Below are positions 1-9,100 of a stretch of DNA of 64,000 bases, piece by piece; position 1 is the first letter of the stretch, and each line of letters begins with the position of its first letter. Source of the stretch: Candidatus Kaiserbacteria bacterium (GTDB lineage: Bacteria > Patescibacteriota > Minisyncoccia > Phycocordibacterales > UBA918); the NCBI GenBank assembly GCA_019634005.1, contig JAHQWD010000002.1:128747-192746 (forward strand), written 5' to 3'. The translations under genes were made by a program, and so were the position numbers. The notes beneath the pieces are model-generated. The model was not told the DNA's origin. It worked only from the letters and a program-made list of their open reading frames with translations, and did no database searches.

Positions 1-47
1 TTACAGCAACTATCTTTGACGCTGACGGAACAACGCTTGATGCAAGG

Positions 48-2300
48 ATGGCCGGTGAGCCGTCTGTTGGCACCCGAGACACTCTCGTACTCAAGATCCT
101 TGGAAGTATCATCCTTCTCATTATATTGATTCTTGCCATCTATTTTGTATCCGGACGGAAAGGAAAGAAAGCGGTGGTAACAAGTACGCTCTTCCTCGGT
201 GTACTCTTCGCGGGAGGAATGATCGGCGTTGAATCTGTAGAAGCAAAAACATGGAGTGGAAGTAAAACAGGAACTTCATGTAATTATCGTGTTGAAGGAT
301 CCATCAATAAATCAACATATGATGTTGATGATACGATTCGAGCCACTGGTTCATCTATGGTGTGGTGCACAGGAAATGGTGCGCATGGTGGCGGACTTGT
401 CTCAACAAACATTTCTACGTCTGGAGACTCTGCGACCGCAGCATCTGGGGGACAAACAGTAACCCTTAATGCACCCAACTCAAATGGAAGTTATTCGGTA
501 CGTTTTAGAGACGGTGCATACAATAAAGGAGGAAACCTCAGTTACACTGTAACAGGTGCAACACCACCAGCGCCAACTGCGAACCTCTCTGCATCACCTA
601 CATCTATTACAAAAGGGGACAATACTCGTCTGACGTGGAGTTCAACAAATGCCAATGGGTGTTCCGGAAGTGGTAGCGGATTTAGTACCGGCAATAGAAC
701 CTCTGGGGGAGATAATGCTTCACCAACATCAGATACACGTTACACCGTCACGTGTACTGGAGGGGGTGGTTCAGATAGTGACTCTGTTGATGTAAGTGTC
801 TCAGAACCAACACCAACCGCATCAATCTCTGCTTCTCCTCGAACCGTTGTTCGTGGTGCTCAGACACGACTTACCTGGAGTTCATCAAATGCAGAATACT
901 GTACCGGCGTTCGTTTTGGTACCGGTCGTCGAACGTCTGGATCTACCTACGTGACGGTTAATAGTGATACAGACTATGGAATCCGCTGTTACAACAGTGA
1001 TGGGGATCTGAAGATTGCAGTTGTGAGTGTAAGTGTCACCGATCCTGCACCATCCGTCTCACTCTCTGTCTCACCAAGCAATATTACCGAAGGAGGATCT
1101 GCAACCGTGACCTGGTCTTCAACAAATGCCTCCTCATGTTCCGGAAGTGGTAGCGGATTCTCAACAGGGAACAGAACATCAGGCTCAGATGGAGTCTCCC
1201 CAAGTTCAACAACGACATATTCTATTACCTGTACGGGGCCCGGAGGTAATGATAGTGACACTGCTCGACTGACAGTAAATGCACCAGCGCCGTCAGTGAA
1301 CCTCTCTGCGTCACCAAGCAGTATTACTCGGGGGAATAGTTCGACCCTTACTTGGAGCAGTAGCAACACTTCAACATGTGCAGGAAGTGGTAGTGGCTTC
1401 AGTACCGGTGGAAATACCTCTGGCTCAGACAGCGTTTCTCCAAGTTCAACAACGACATATTCTATTACCTGTACTGGAGAAGGGGGAAGCGACTCTGACA
1501 CACAACAGGTCACGGTAAATGCACAATCACCAAGTGCAAGTATTTCCATTTCACCAAGTAGTATTACCGAAGGAGGATCTGCAACCGTGACCTGGTCTTC
1601 AACAAATGCCTCCTCATGTTCTGGTAACGGGAGCGGATTCTCAACAGGTGGTTCTACCTCAGGAAGCGACTCTGTTTCTCCTTCGAGCACTACAACGTAT
1701 ACGGTCACCTGTACAGGTGCAGGTGGAAGCGACTCTGACAGCGATACATTGACCGTGAACACACCGGCACCAAGCGCTTCTCTTGAGGTTCGGAATGTGA
1801 CACAAGGAGGAGGTTGGACTGGAAGCAATATCATCATTCTCCCAGGTGATCAGGTATATCTACGATGGGATAGTGATGACGCCACAAGTTGTAACGGAAG
1901 CAACTTCAGCACTGGTGGAGACACTGATGGAACACAAACATCAGTTTCAGAACCATCTGCCGGGAATCAAACGGTGTTCTCAGTCTCTTGTAGCGGATCA
2001 GGTGGTTCAGATAGTGACTCACTTCGAGTCACCGCTCAGGCGACCGACCCATCTCTTTCTGCTGACAGCACCAACGTACGGGAAGGGGAAACAATCACAT
2101 TCTCGTATGACATGGAGGGAAATGACCCAAGTCAATGTACACTTACGGGACCGGGCATCTCATATCTTGCTGGTTCATTCTCTAATCAGACAGGAACAGT
2201 GGAAACAACAGTGTCTGGAGACTCTACATTTATCTTGGATTGTGACGGTGGTTCCGCAGAAGTATCCATCGATATCATTCCTATTTCCTTCGATTCCTAA
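48..2300 (+). CDS. Giant cell-surface protein, paralog A. N-terminal 2-TM hairpin followed by about 7 tandem ~90-aa Ig-like repeats (LSASPSSIT..TLTWSS.NA..C.GSGSGFSTG..TSGSD.VSPSSTTTY.ITCTG.GGSDSD) and a conserved C-terminal module ending PISFDS. Likely 5'-partial, because the frame is open to nt 3.
   Basis: 750-aa ORF. Repeat periodicity and paired Cys are visible in the translation. The C-terminal ~200 aa are highly similar to the C-terminus of ORF 6125..9160. There is no in-frame stop upstream back to the window start. Confidence 0.6.
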   Translation: MAGEPSVGTRDTLVLKILGSIILLIILILAIYFVSGRKGKKAVVTSTLFLGVLFAGGMIGVESVEAKTWSGSKTGTSCNYRVEGSINKSTYDVDDTIRATGSSMVWCTGNGAHGGGLVSTNISTSGDSATAASGGQTVTLNAPNSNGSYSVRFRDGAYNKGGNLSYTVTGATPPAPTANLSASPTSITKGDNTRLTWSSTNANGCSGSGSGFSTGNRTSGGDNASPTSDTRYTVTCTGGGGSDSDSVDVSVSEPTPTASISASPRTVVRGAQTRLTWSSSNAEYCTGVRFGTGRRTSGSTYVTVNSDTDYGIRCYNSDGDLKIAVVSVSVTDPAPSVSLSVSPSNITEGGSATVTWSSTNASSCSGSGSGFSTGNRTSGSDGVSPSSTTTYSITCTGPGGNDSDTARLTVNAPAPSVNLSASPSSITRGNSSTLTWSSSNTSTCAGSGSGFSTGGNTSGSDSVSPSSTTTYSITCTGEGGSDSDTQQVTVNAQSPSASISISPSSITEGGSATVTWSSTNASSCSGNGSGFSTGGSTSGSDSVSPSSTTTYTVTCTGAGGSDSDSDTLTVNTPAPSASLEVRNVTQGGGWTGSNIIILPGDQVYLRWDSDDATSCNGSNFSTGGDTDGTQTSVSEPSAGNQTVFSVSCSGSGGSDSDSLRVTAQATDPSLSADSTNVREGETITFSYDMEGNDPSQCTLTGPGISYLAGSFSNQTGTVETTVSGDSTFILDCDGGSAEVSIDIIPISFDS
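1071..1648 (+). repeat. Near-identical ~100-bp direct DNA repeats inside the surface-protein gene (1071-1168 vs 1551-1648). Also a 35-bp exact repeat at 1201-1235 vs 1441-1475.
   Basis: There is a 59-nt exact match at 1082-1140 and 1562-1620 (tattaccgaaggaggatctgcaaccgtgacctggtcttcaacaaatgcctcctcatgtt). Confidence 0.7.
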
Positions 2301-2317
2301 TTCCTCAAAGTGGTCAG

Positions 2318-2346
2318 AAAACAGCGCAAGTATGCGCTTTTTTTGA
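2318..2346 (+). terminator. Rho-independent terminator after surface-protein gene A
   Basis: Hairpin agcgcaagtatgcgct followed by a T7 run. Confidence 0.5.
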
Positions 2347-2367
2347 TGTTAAGAACTCCTCGGAAAC

Positions 2368-2396
2368 TTGATCTATTCGCCATAATATGGTATTAT
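2368..2396 (+). promoter_or_regulatory. Sigma70-like promoter for the RTX gene: TTGATC, 17 nt spacer, TATTAT.
   Basis: Hexamers at 2368-2373 and 2391-2396. An aaaggagg SD precedes the ATG at 2466. Confidence 0.4.
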
Positions 2397-2465
2397 TGCG
2401 ATGGGTTTAGAGTACTTCGACAGCCGCTTGCACGCGGATAATATTGATGTAAAAGAAAGGAGGCA

Positions 2466-4619
2466 GTGATGCCTACGACACTAAGTCAGTTAGATCTGGC
2501 ACCTCTTCCGGTTCCGGGCACCCCGCCGGCTGTCGTAAATGACTCGACAGCGGGCTATCAAAACGTGTTTGCCATTGCGCAAATGCTGGATGAAAACGGA
2601 AACCCCGATGGCACGATTCGTGTCATCTGGTACGATGGCGAACAAGCTAAAAGCCTGCAAAAACTCTACAATGCTGACGGCTCCGTCGCGCAAGAAGAAA
2701 CAGAGTTCCTTGCGGACTCAGTTTCCGGCGTGAGCTGGCCAAACATTGTGGCGTTGAAGGGTGGAAGTTTTATCGTCAACTGGACCGAAACCCTTCCGAA
2801 TATCACTGACGGACAAGGTAATTTCGTTGCCGAGGATCATGATATCCTCGCGCAACGATTTAACCCTGACGGCACCCCTGCATGGGAGCAGGCTGTTACG
2901 GTCAACGATACGACCTACAGCAGTCAGGTATTTTCCCACGGGACGCTTCTGCAGAACGGCACGGTCGTTATTACGGAGCATTCCTATGACGAGAAAACCG
3001 ACAGCAACGAAACAGTCCATGTCTACGGACGTGTGCTGGATCCAGTTACCGGTGAACTTGGTAACGAGTTCCTGTTTGACGAGGGCATCGGTGAGGGCGG
3101 TCGTTTCGTTGAGCCCTATGTCCACCCGCTTGCGGACGGTGGTTTCATCGTCGCAGCAAAAGGGTATGTCTATGACGAAGGCGAGGGTGAGGCACTCTTT
3201 GTGCGCGCTTACAACGCTGACGGCACCTCTCGGGGTGCGGCGGTTGCCATCGACGACGGCACGTCGTTTGATGGCGATTTCTTGCAGTGGGCGACACTGA
3301 AAAGTGGCCTGATTGTTGCTGCATGGCGCAGTGACGACGGCACCACCTTCTCGTACCGCCTACTCCAAGCAGACGGTGTAACTCCGGGAAGTGATGTGAT
3401 CACCTACCCAACCGTTGAATGGGCCGGTGCAGGTCAGCCGAGCGTCTCGGCTCTTGCAGATGGTGGCTTCATCATCAGTCTGCGAGGATTCACCCATCTG
3501 CTGGACACTACGGCAGACGTGTTCGTCCAGCGGTTTGATGCTGTTGGCAATACACTGGGGGACCTCGTGCAGGTCAACGACACTCCCATTGAGGGGAACT
3601 TCGTGTATCCGGTGGCGTTTGCGGACGGTAACTTTGCCATCTTCTACAGCGCTGGTAATGGTGATGTCTTTGGGAACCAAGAGACGGATATATACAACCG
3701 TTTCTTTGTCTCTCCAGACAACCTGATCCAAGGGTCAGACGATGCAGAACTGCATCGTGGTACTCCTGGGAGGGACCAGGTCAATGCTCTCGGCGGTAAC
3801 GATACCGTCTGGGCTGGATCTGGCGACCAGGGTGCTGATACGCTTCATGGCGGCGAAGGGAACGACATCCTCGGCGGCGGTGCTGGCGATGATGTGATCC
3901 AAGGCGGTGCTGGCGATGATGTGCTCTTTGGCGGTGTCGGCGACGATTCCCTCTATGGGGGTGCTGTCAATGCCGGGGGAGTCCTTGCTGGAAACGGCTC
4001 AAACGAGATTTGGGCTGGATCCGGTGATGACTTGATCAACGGCGAAAATGGTAATGATCGTCTTGGTGGCGGTCACGGCAATGACACCATCAATGGCCTC
4101 GGCGGCGATGATCTCATCTACTCCGGTTCTACGGGGAATGAGGTTATCAATGCTGGCAATGGCAACGACGTGGCCTTTGGTGGTACCGGTGATGACATGG
4201 TCAACGGCGGTAATGGTCGTGACGAACTCTATGGCGGGTCTGGTACCGACACCGTCATTGGTGGTTTCGGTCATGACACGCTGTATGGTGGTGCTGGTGA
4301 TGATCTCATCAAAGCTGGTCCAGGAAACGATGTTTTGAACGGAAGCCTGGACGGTGATGACACCCTTGTTGGCGGCGATGGGGACGATACGTTTGTCTTT
4401 AATCTCGCCAATACGGGGGAGGATCGTATCACCGACTTTGATGTCGATGGAGACGCTCTCCGCTTTGTCGGTGAGGGGCTCCAGTCGGTAAGTGATGTGG
4501 TCAATGCTGCGACAGAAGTCGATGGCGGCGTTCTCATCACGACACCGGGCGGTGAGGTTTTCATCGATGGACTCTCACTCACCGACCTTTCCGACACATC
4601 AATGGAGTTTGGTCTTTAG
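2466..4619 (+). CDS. Secreted RTX-type protein. The N-terminal region is beta-propeller-like. The C-terminal half carries many hemolysin-type Ca-binding nonapeptide repeats (GGAGDDVIQGGAGDDVLFGG...).
   Basis: 717-aa ORF. There are more than 15 GG.G.D.. repeats in residues ~440-640. A strong SD is present. Confidence 0.7.
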   Translation: MMPTTLSQLDLAPLPVPGTPPAVVNDSTAGYQNVFAIAQMLDENGNPDGTIRVIWYDGEQAKSLQKLYNADGSVAQEETEFLADSVSGVSWPNIVALKGGSFIVNWTETLPNITDGQGNFVAEDHDILAQRFNPDGTPAWEQAVTVNDTTYSSQVFSHGTLLQNGTVVITEHSYDEKTDSNETVHVYGRVLDPVTGELGNEFLFDEGIGEGGRFVEPYVHPLADGGFIVAAKGYVYDEGEGEALFVRAYNADGTSRGAAVAIDDGTSFDGDFLQWATLKSGLIVAAWRSDDGTTFSYRLLQADGVTPGSDVITYPTVEWAGAGQPSVSALADGGFIISLRGFTHLLDTTADVFVQRFDAVGNTLGDLVQVNDTPIEGNFVYPVAFADGNFAIFYSAGNGDVFGNQETDIYNRFFVSPDNLIQGSDDAELHRGTPGRDQVNALGGNDTVWAGSGDQGADTLHGGEGNDILGGGAGDDVIQGGAGDDVLFGGVGDDSLYGGAVNAGGVLAGNGSNEIWAGSGDDLINGENGNDRLGGGHGNDTINGLGGDDLIYSGSTGNEVINAGNGNDVAFGGTGDDMVNGGNGRDELYGGSGTDTVIGGFGHDTLYGGAGDDLIKAGPGNDVLNGSLDGDDTLVGGDGDDTFVFNLANTGEDRITDFDVDGDALRFVGEGLQSVSDVVNAATEVDGGVLITTPGGEVFIDGLSLTDLSDTSMEFGL

Positions 4620-4636
4620 GGCTTTCTCAAGCCCCC

Positions 4637-4669
4637 TGTCCCCGGCACACTGTGCCGGGGGCTTTTTTT
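4637..4669 (+). terminator. Rho-independent terminator
   Basis: Hairpin ccccggcacactgtgccgggg followed by gcttttttt. Confidence 0.65.
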
Positions 4670-4739
4670 GTGCGGTGGAGATACAAGTACACATCAACCT
4701 CTGTCTTGCTGGTTTTGACAGCATTAGAATATCTTCCTC

Positions 4740-4870
4740 GTGACGGTATCTCCTACAACTACAAGGGCATTGAGCCCGATGTGGACGTGGGGGATACTCG
4801 ACACGACGACAATGAAACGGCAACAGAACGTGACGCCCAATTTATGGTTGCAGTTCGCTCTTTTAAGTAG
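4740..4870 (+). pseudogene. Remnant of an S41-peptidase C-terminus (…NYKGIEPDVDVGDTRHDDNETATERDAQF…).
   Basis: It matches the C-terminal ~35 aa of the downstream S41-like ORF (HKKIKDTREVWGDTTNFERDAQFRFAF) and the S41 GIEPD motif. It is short and lacks a plausible start. Confidence 0.35.
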
Positions 4871-5006
4871 TTCCTTGCTTTGGGTCTGTGCTTCGGCGCA
4901 GACCCATTCCCAGCCCTATAAGCCAGATACTTGATTTTTTATGTAAAGTATGGTACTATGAAATCAGTATTGAGTACCATGAAAACTGCATATTGGAGGA
5001 AAACCA

Positions 5007-5996
5007 ATGTATATCCGAATCAGTGCATGTGCACTACTTATTGCGGCAGCAGCTTTCGCTCCCGCATATGCTGGGTCACTTCCCAGTGAAATGGAGGCGG
5101 TGGTGATGAAAGAAGCAGCCTTCAACATCCGGAAAGGTCGGTGTCTTCAAACATATCGTGACCTAGTTGCTCAGAAGGAAATTGTCACACAGCCCACGAT
5201 GGGTCGGTGTGACGCTGGCTTTCTGGAGTACCTGACCGATGCAGAGTACACGTCTTTGTACGCAACTCCGCTTTTCAATCAGAGCGCTCCCAGCAACGTT
5301 TCGTTCCGACTGATCCATGGCACCACGAACACCGTCGGCTACATCCAAGCAAAAAAGGCTGTCAACAACGCAACAGGTGATGCCATCCTGGACGCTCTTC
5401 GCGTCACCAAAGAACAGACGAACTCCGCCATCATTGACACCAGAAACAACAAAGGCGGCTCCATCGTACCGTTCTTGCAGGTGGTGGTGGGTTTTGCCGA
5501 CTCCAAAGACGACGTTATCTATACGGAAACAAATCCGAAAAAAGACGATGTCGTTTGGACTGCCGGTGAAATCGTAGCACGTGTGGAAGCAGCAGGCTTC
5601 ACAACAGCCGATATCGGCGAGTTTGCCGATATGGAGGTGACGTTCCTTGTGAACGGTGCAAGCGTATCGGCAGCGGAAGATATTCCTGCCGCCGCACGCG
5701 AACTGAGCAACAACGTGTACGTTGTCGGCTCGAAAACCTACGGAAAAGGGTCGCTCCAGAAGCTCTTCGAGCTCTCGGACGGATCCAGAATGCGTGTTAC
5801 CACAGCCTTTGTTCTCTTCGGAGAGGAGCGGCGGAAGTTGAATCACAAGGGTGTGCGGCTTCACAAAAAAATCAAGGACACGCGGGAAGTCTGGGGGGAT
5901 ACAACAAATTTTGAGCGTGATGCTCAGTTCCGATTCGCGTTCCAGCGCTATGCTGGTGAGCCGGTCGAGGCGAACACAATCGTCGCCGCAAACTAA
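5007..5996 (+). CDS. S41-family (C-terminal processing / tail-specific) peptidase-like protein with a signal peptide and no PDZ domain
   Basis: NNKGGSIVPF, GASVSAAEDI and TYGKGSLQKL resemble the S41 catalytic Ser/Lys motifs. An N-terminal signal peptide and a ggagga SD are present. Confidence 0.55.
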   Translation: MYIRISACALLIAAAAFAPAYAGSLPSEMEAVVMKEAAFNIRKGRCLQTYRDLVAQKEIVTQPTMGRCDAGFLEYLTDAEYTSLYATPLFNQSAPSNVSFRLIHGTTNTVGYIQAKKAVNNATGDAILDALRVTKEQTNSAIIDTRNNKGGSIVPFLQVVVGFADSKDDVIYTETNPKKDDVVWTAGEIVARVEAAGFTTADIGEFADMEVTFLVNGASVSAAEDIPAAARELSNNVYVVGSKTYGKGSLQKLFELSDGSRMRVTTAFVLFGEERRKLNHKGVRLHKKIKDTREVWGDTTNFERDAQFRFAFQRYAGEPVEANTIVAAN

Positions 5997-6124
5997 CGTT
6001 GCATTCCTCCATGCGGTTTACTTAAGGCCCAGCGCAATGCGTTGGGCTTTTCTTTTTGCCTGTGGGTAATGAAAAGAGGTTTTTAATATTTTAGTACTAT
6101 ACTTTAAATACTAGTACTAACAGG

Positions 6125-9100
6125 TTGTCAAACCGTATATACTCTATGCACTATACAAAATATATCTTTAGTCTCACCCTCCTTTTCTTTGCTGTTACTT
6201 CAGTGTACGCACAAGAGGAGGAGTTTGAGGGCATACTTATCGCCGATGTGGGAGTACAAAATGCTTCTGTGGTGTATCAAGAGGGGCATACGCTTGATGT
6301 TTTCTTCGAGTTAGTTAACGGTGAAGCAGTGCAGCCAAATATTCGCTATGCAGTGCAGGTCGTAGAAGCGACCGAAGAAGGGGATCGGATATGGGGAGAA
6401 TACACACCAGATGATGTTATCTCGCTCGCATCGAATGAACGCCTCCACAGAAATATTACTTATACAGCGCCTGCATGGCTTGATGGTATCTATGAGGTAA
6501 GGGTTATTGTAGAGAACACCGCAGGACTTCCTTTAGGCTCCGCGTTTCTTGGTGAGGTTATGTTCTCGGGAACGGGGCAGTATGTGGAGATAGACCCAGA
6601 TTCTTGTGATGTCCTCTATGATTACGAGACACCAGTGTCCCTCACCTGTCTTGCAACGAATTATTTTGACACGACACTCGATGTATCACCGCTTTCCGAG
6701 GTGTATCGAAAGACAACACGCGGGGAAGGGGTTGGGATGTTTTGGGATGAAGCAGTGCGCTATACTTTTGGCGCGGGAGAGACGAAAGAAGTAGAATTTG
6801 TGTTTGCACCACAGCCAGGATATGGAACATACGCAGCACATGCACTTCTTGTAGGCGCACAAGGTGCAGACGTTTCAAATAGAGTGCCGTATACATATAG
6901 TACGTATGCATCACCTGCGCAGATAGAGAATATTACCGCAAATGCATCGGGATATGATGAAGATGATGAGGCGGTTATTACTGTTGCGTATGCTGCTGAC
7001 GAGACAGTATTCTTTACACTTGAACTTACCGATGAAGATGGTCGTCTGTGTAGCGAACCAATTACCGATGTTCGGTTGGCATATACAGAGTCTGTGTATA
7101 CAGCGCGCACTATCATTGATCGTTCCTGTGAACATCCGACAGCATCAGTCTTCTTGACCGCAGGTACTGGCGACGTCGTTGACGCGAGTACAATCTATCT
7201 CTCTGGATTACAGGAAGAAACGGGGAGGCTCTCTTTTAGAGATTATATGATCATACTTGCCGTCATTGTTATACTTATTCTTGCATATATGCTCTATCGT
7301 CACACACACAAGGCACGTAATACAGAGACCCTGACCCTCAGTGTTCTGTTTGTAGTGCTTGCATTTGGATTCACTACCCATTTTGCCGAGGCAGGATCTT
7401 GGAGTAGTGGCTCTTCTATCAGTGGGTGTCGAAATAGCCTGCAGGGGAACATTAACAAAAGCACCTATGAACCAGGTGAGGCAATCAGAGTCTCAATGAG
7501 AACATCGGTATCCTGTAATTCGTCCGCGACCGTGAATGGTGTCCCAATTGGTTCTGTAGGAAGTCTTAAGACAAAAATGTATACAAACACGTCTGGATCG
7601 AGTGATTCTCGAACGGGCATCAATGGTAATGGATACGGAGGAAGACTTGCGAATGGTTGTTGTTGGGGAACCACACTCACTGCTCCAGGTAGAGCAGGAA
7701 GTTACAATACAAACTTTAGATCTGTTAACTATACTCAAGAGGGAACAGGGTATTCTTCAGGACGTGGTCCTGCTCCTCGGCGGTATGTAAGTCATGGAAG
7801 TATTCGGGGAAGTGAGAGGTATCGAGTAGTTGCTACGACTCCTCCTGCGCCGACCGCGTCACTTACGGCAAGTCCTTCATCTATAGAGCGGGGAGATGAG
7901 ACAACGTTGCAGTCACGATGTACAAATAGCACGAGTGCTTCGATAAGTCGTGGTGTTGGCTCAGTTTCCTCATCGACTGATAATACCGATGTTTCTCCTA
8001 CACAGAGAACGACCTATACGCTTACCTGTAGTGGTCCTGGAGGAAGTGACAATGACAGCACAACAGTTATTGTGACCGAACCTCCCGTGCCCGCTCCAAC
8101 TGCGTCACTTACGGCGAGTCCTTCATCGATTCAGGAAGGGAATAGCACCCGCCTTATTGCTCGATGTACCAATAGTAATGCGTCATCAATTAACAATGGT
8201 GTGGGAAGCCTCTCTGCGACAGGGGGGAGACCAGTTGTCTCACCTAACTCTCCGACGACGTATAGGCTCACTTGTTTTGGAGAAGAGACCGACGCAGTTG
8301 CGACCACGCGAGTCCGCGTAACTGCGACACCTCCACCTCCACCAGCAGCACCACATGCATCAATCTCTGCTTCCCCACGAAGAATCCAAGAGGGAGAGAG
8401 TACGCGGGTCCACTGGAGTTCTTCAAACGCGGTGGAGTGTCGTAGTACATCAAGTCCACTTACCACAGGAGGTGATACAGAGGGGACTCAGAACATAACC
8501 CTCAACAGAGCACAGACAAAGACCTTCAGTATCGTTTGTGAAAATAGCGCTGGTGACACAGACAGTGCCTCAACACAAGTCACTGTTGAAGAACCGAGCG
8601 AACCAAGTGGCCCAGGATCAAGTCCTTCGCCAACGGCGACACTTGAAGTGCGCAATACTACTGGAGGAGGAGGTTGGACGTCGTCAAATATCACCATTCT
8701 TCCAGGAGACCAGATTGCGTTGCGGTGGGATTCTACCAATGCAAGTGCTTGTAGCGGAAGCAATTTCAACACAGGCAGAGCGGATGACGGAACAACAACG
8801 AGTGTAAACGAACCAACCGGGGGTAATCGTACGACGTATGCGGTGACGTGTACGGGTTCTGGCGGAAGTGACTCCGATTCACTTCGTGTTACCGCACAGG
8901 GTCTCGAGCCAGATCTATCCATTTCAGATGAGGATGTACGTCAGGGGGAATCAGTGACACTTACGTACAATATGCAAGGCAACGATCCTTCTCAGTGTTC
9001 CCTTGTTGGCCCAGGCGTCTCCTACATTGCAGGATCCTTTAGTCAACAGTCAGGATCCATTGCAATCACGATTTCTGGAGACTCGACGTTTACCCTGACC

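Noticed and set aside
989-1837. 282-aa minus-strand ORF inside surface-protein gene A
   Set aside because: It is antisense to a repeat-rich, compositionally biased gene. Its translation is low-complexity (PP, VTV repeats) mirroring the sense repeats. No independent start or SD context.
3760-4400. Tandem repeat array that could be mistaken for a CRISPR or minisatellite
   Set aside because: The 27-nt periodic units are in frame and encode RTX GGxGxDxUx nonapeptides. Units are imperfect and there are no spacer-like unique segments.
5163-5864. 233-aa minus-strand ORF inside the S41-like gene
   Set aside because: Fully antisense to an ORF with recognisable catalytic motifs. No motif of its own.
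8488-8922. 144-aa minus-strand ORF inside surface-protein gene B
   Set aside because: Antisense to a repeat-rich coding region. Its product is Pro/Ser/Val low-complexity.
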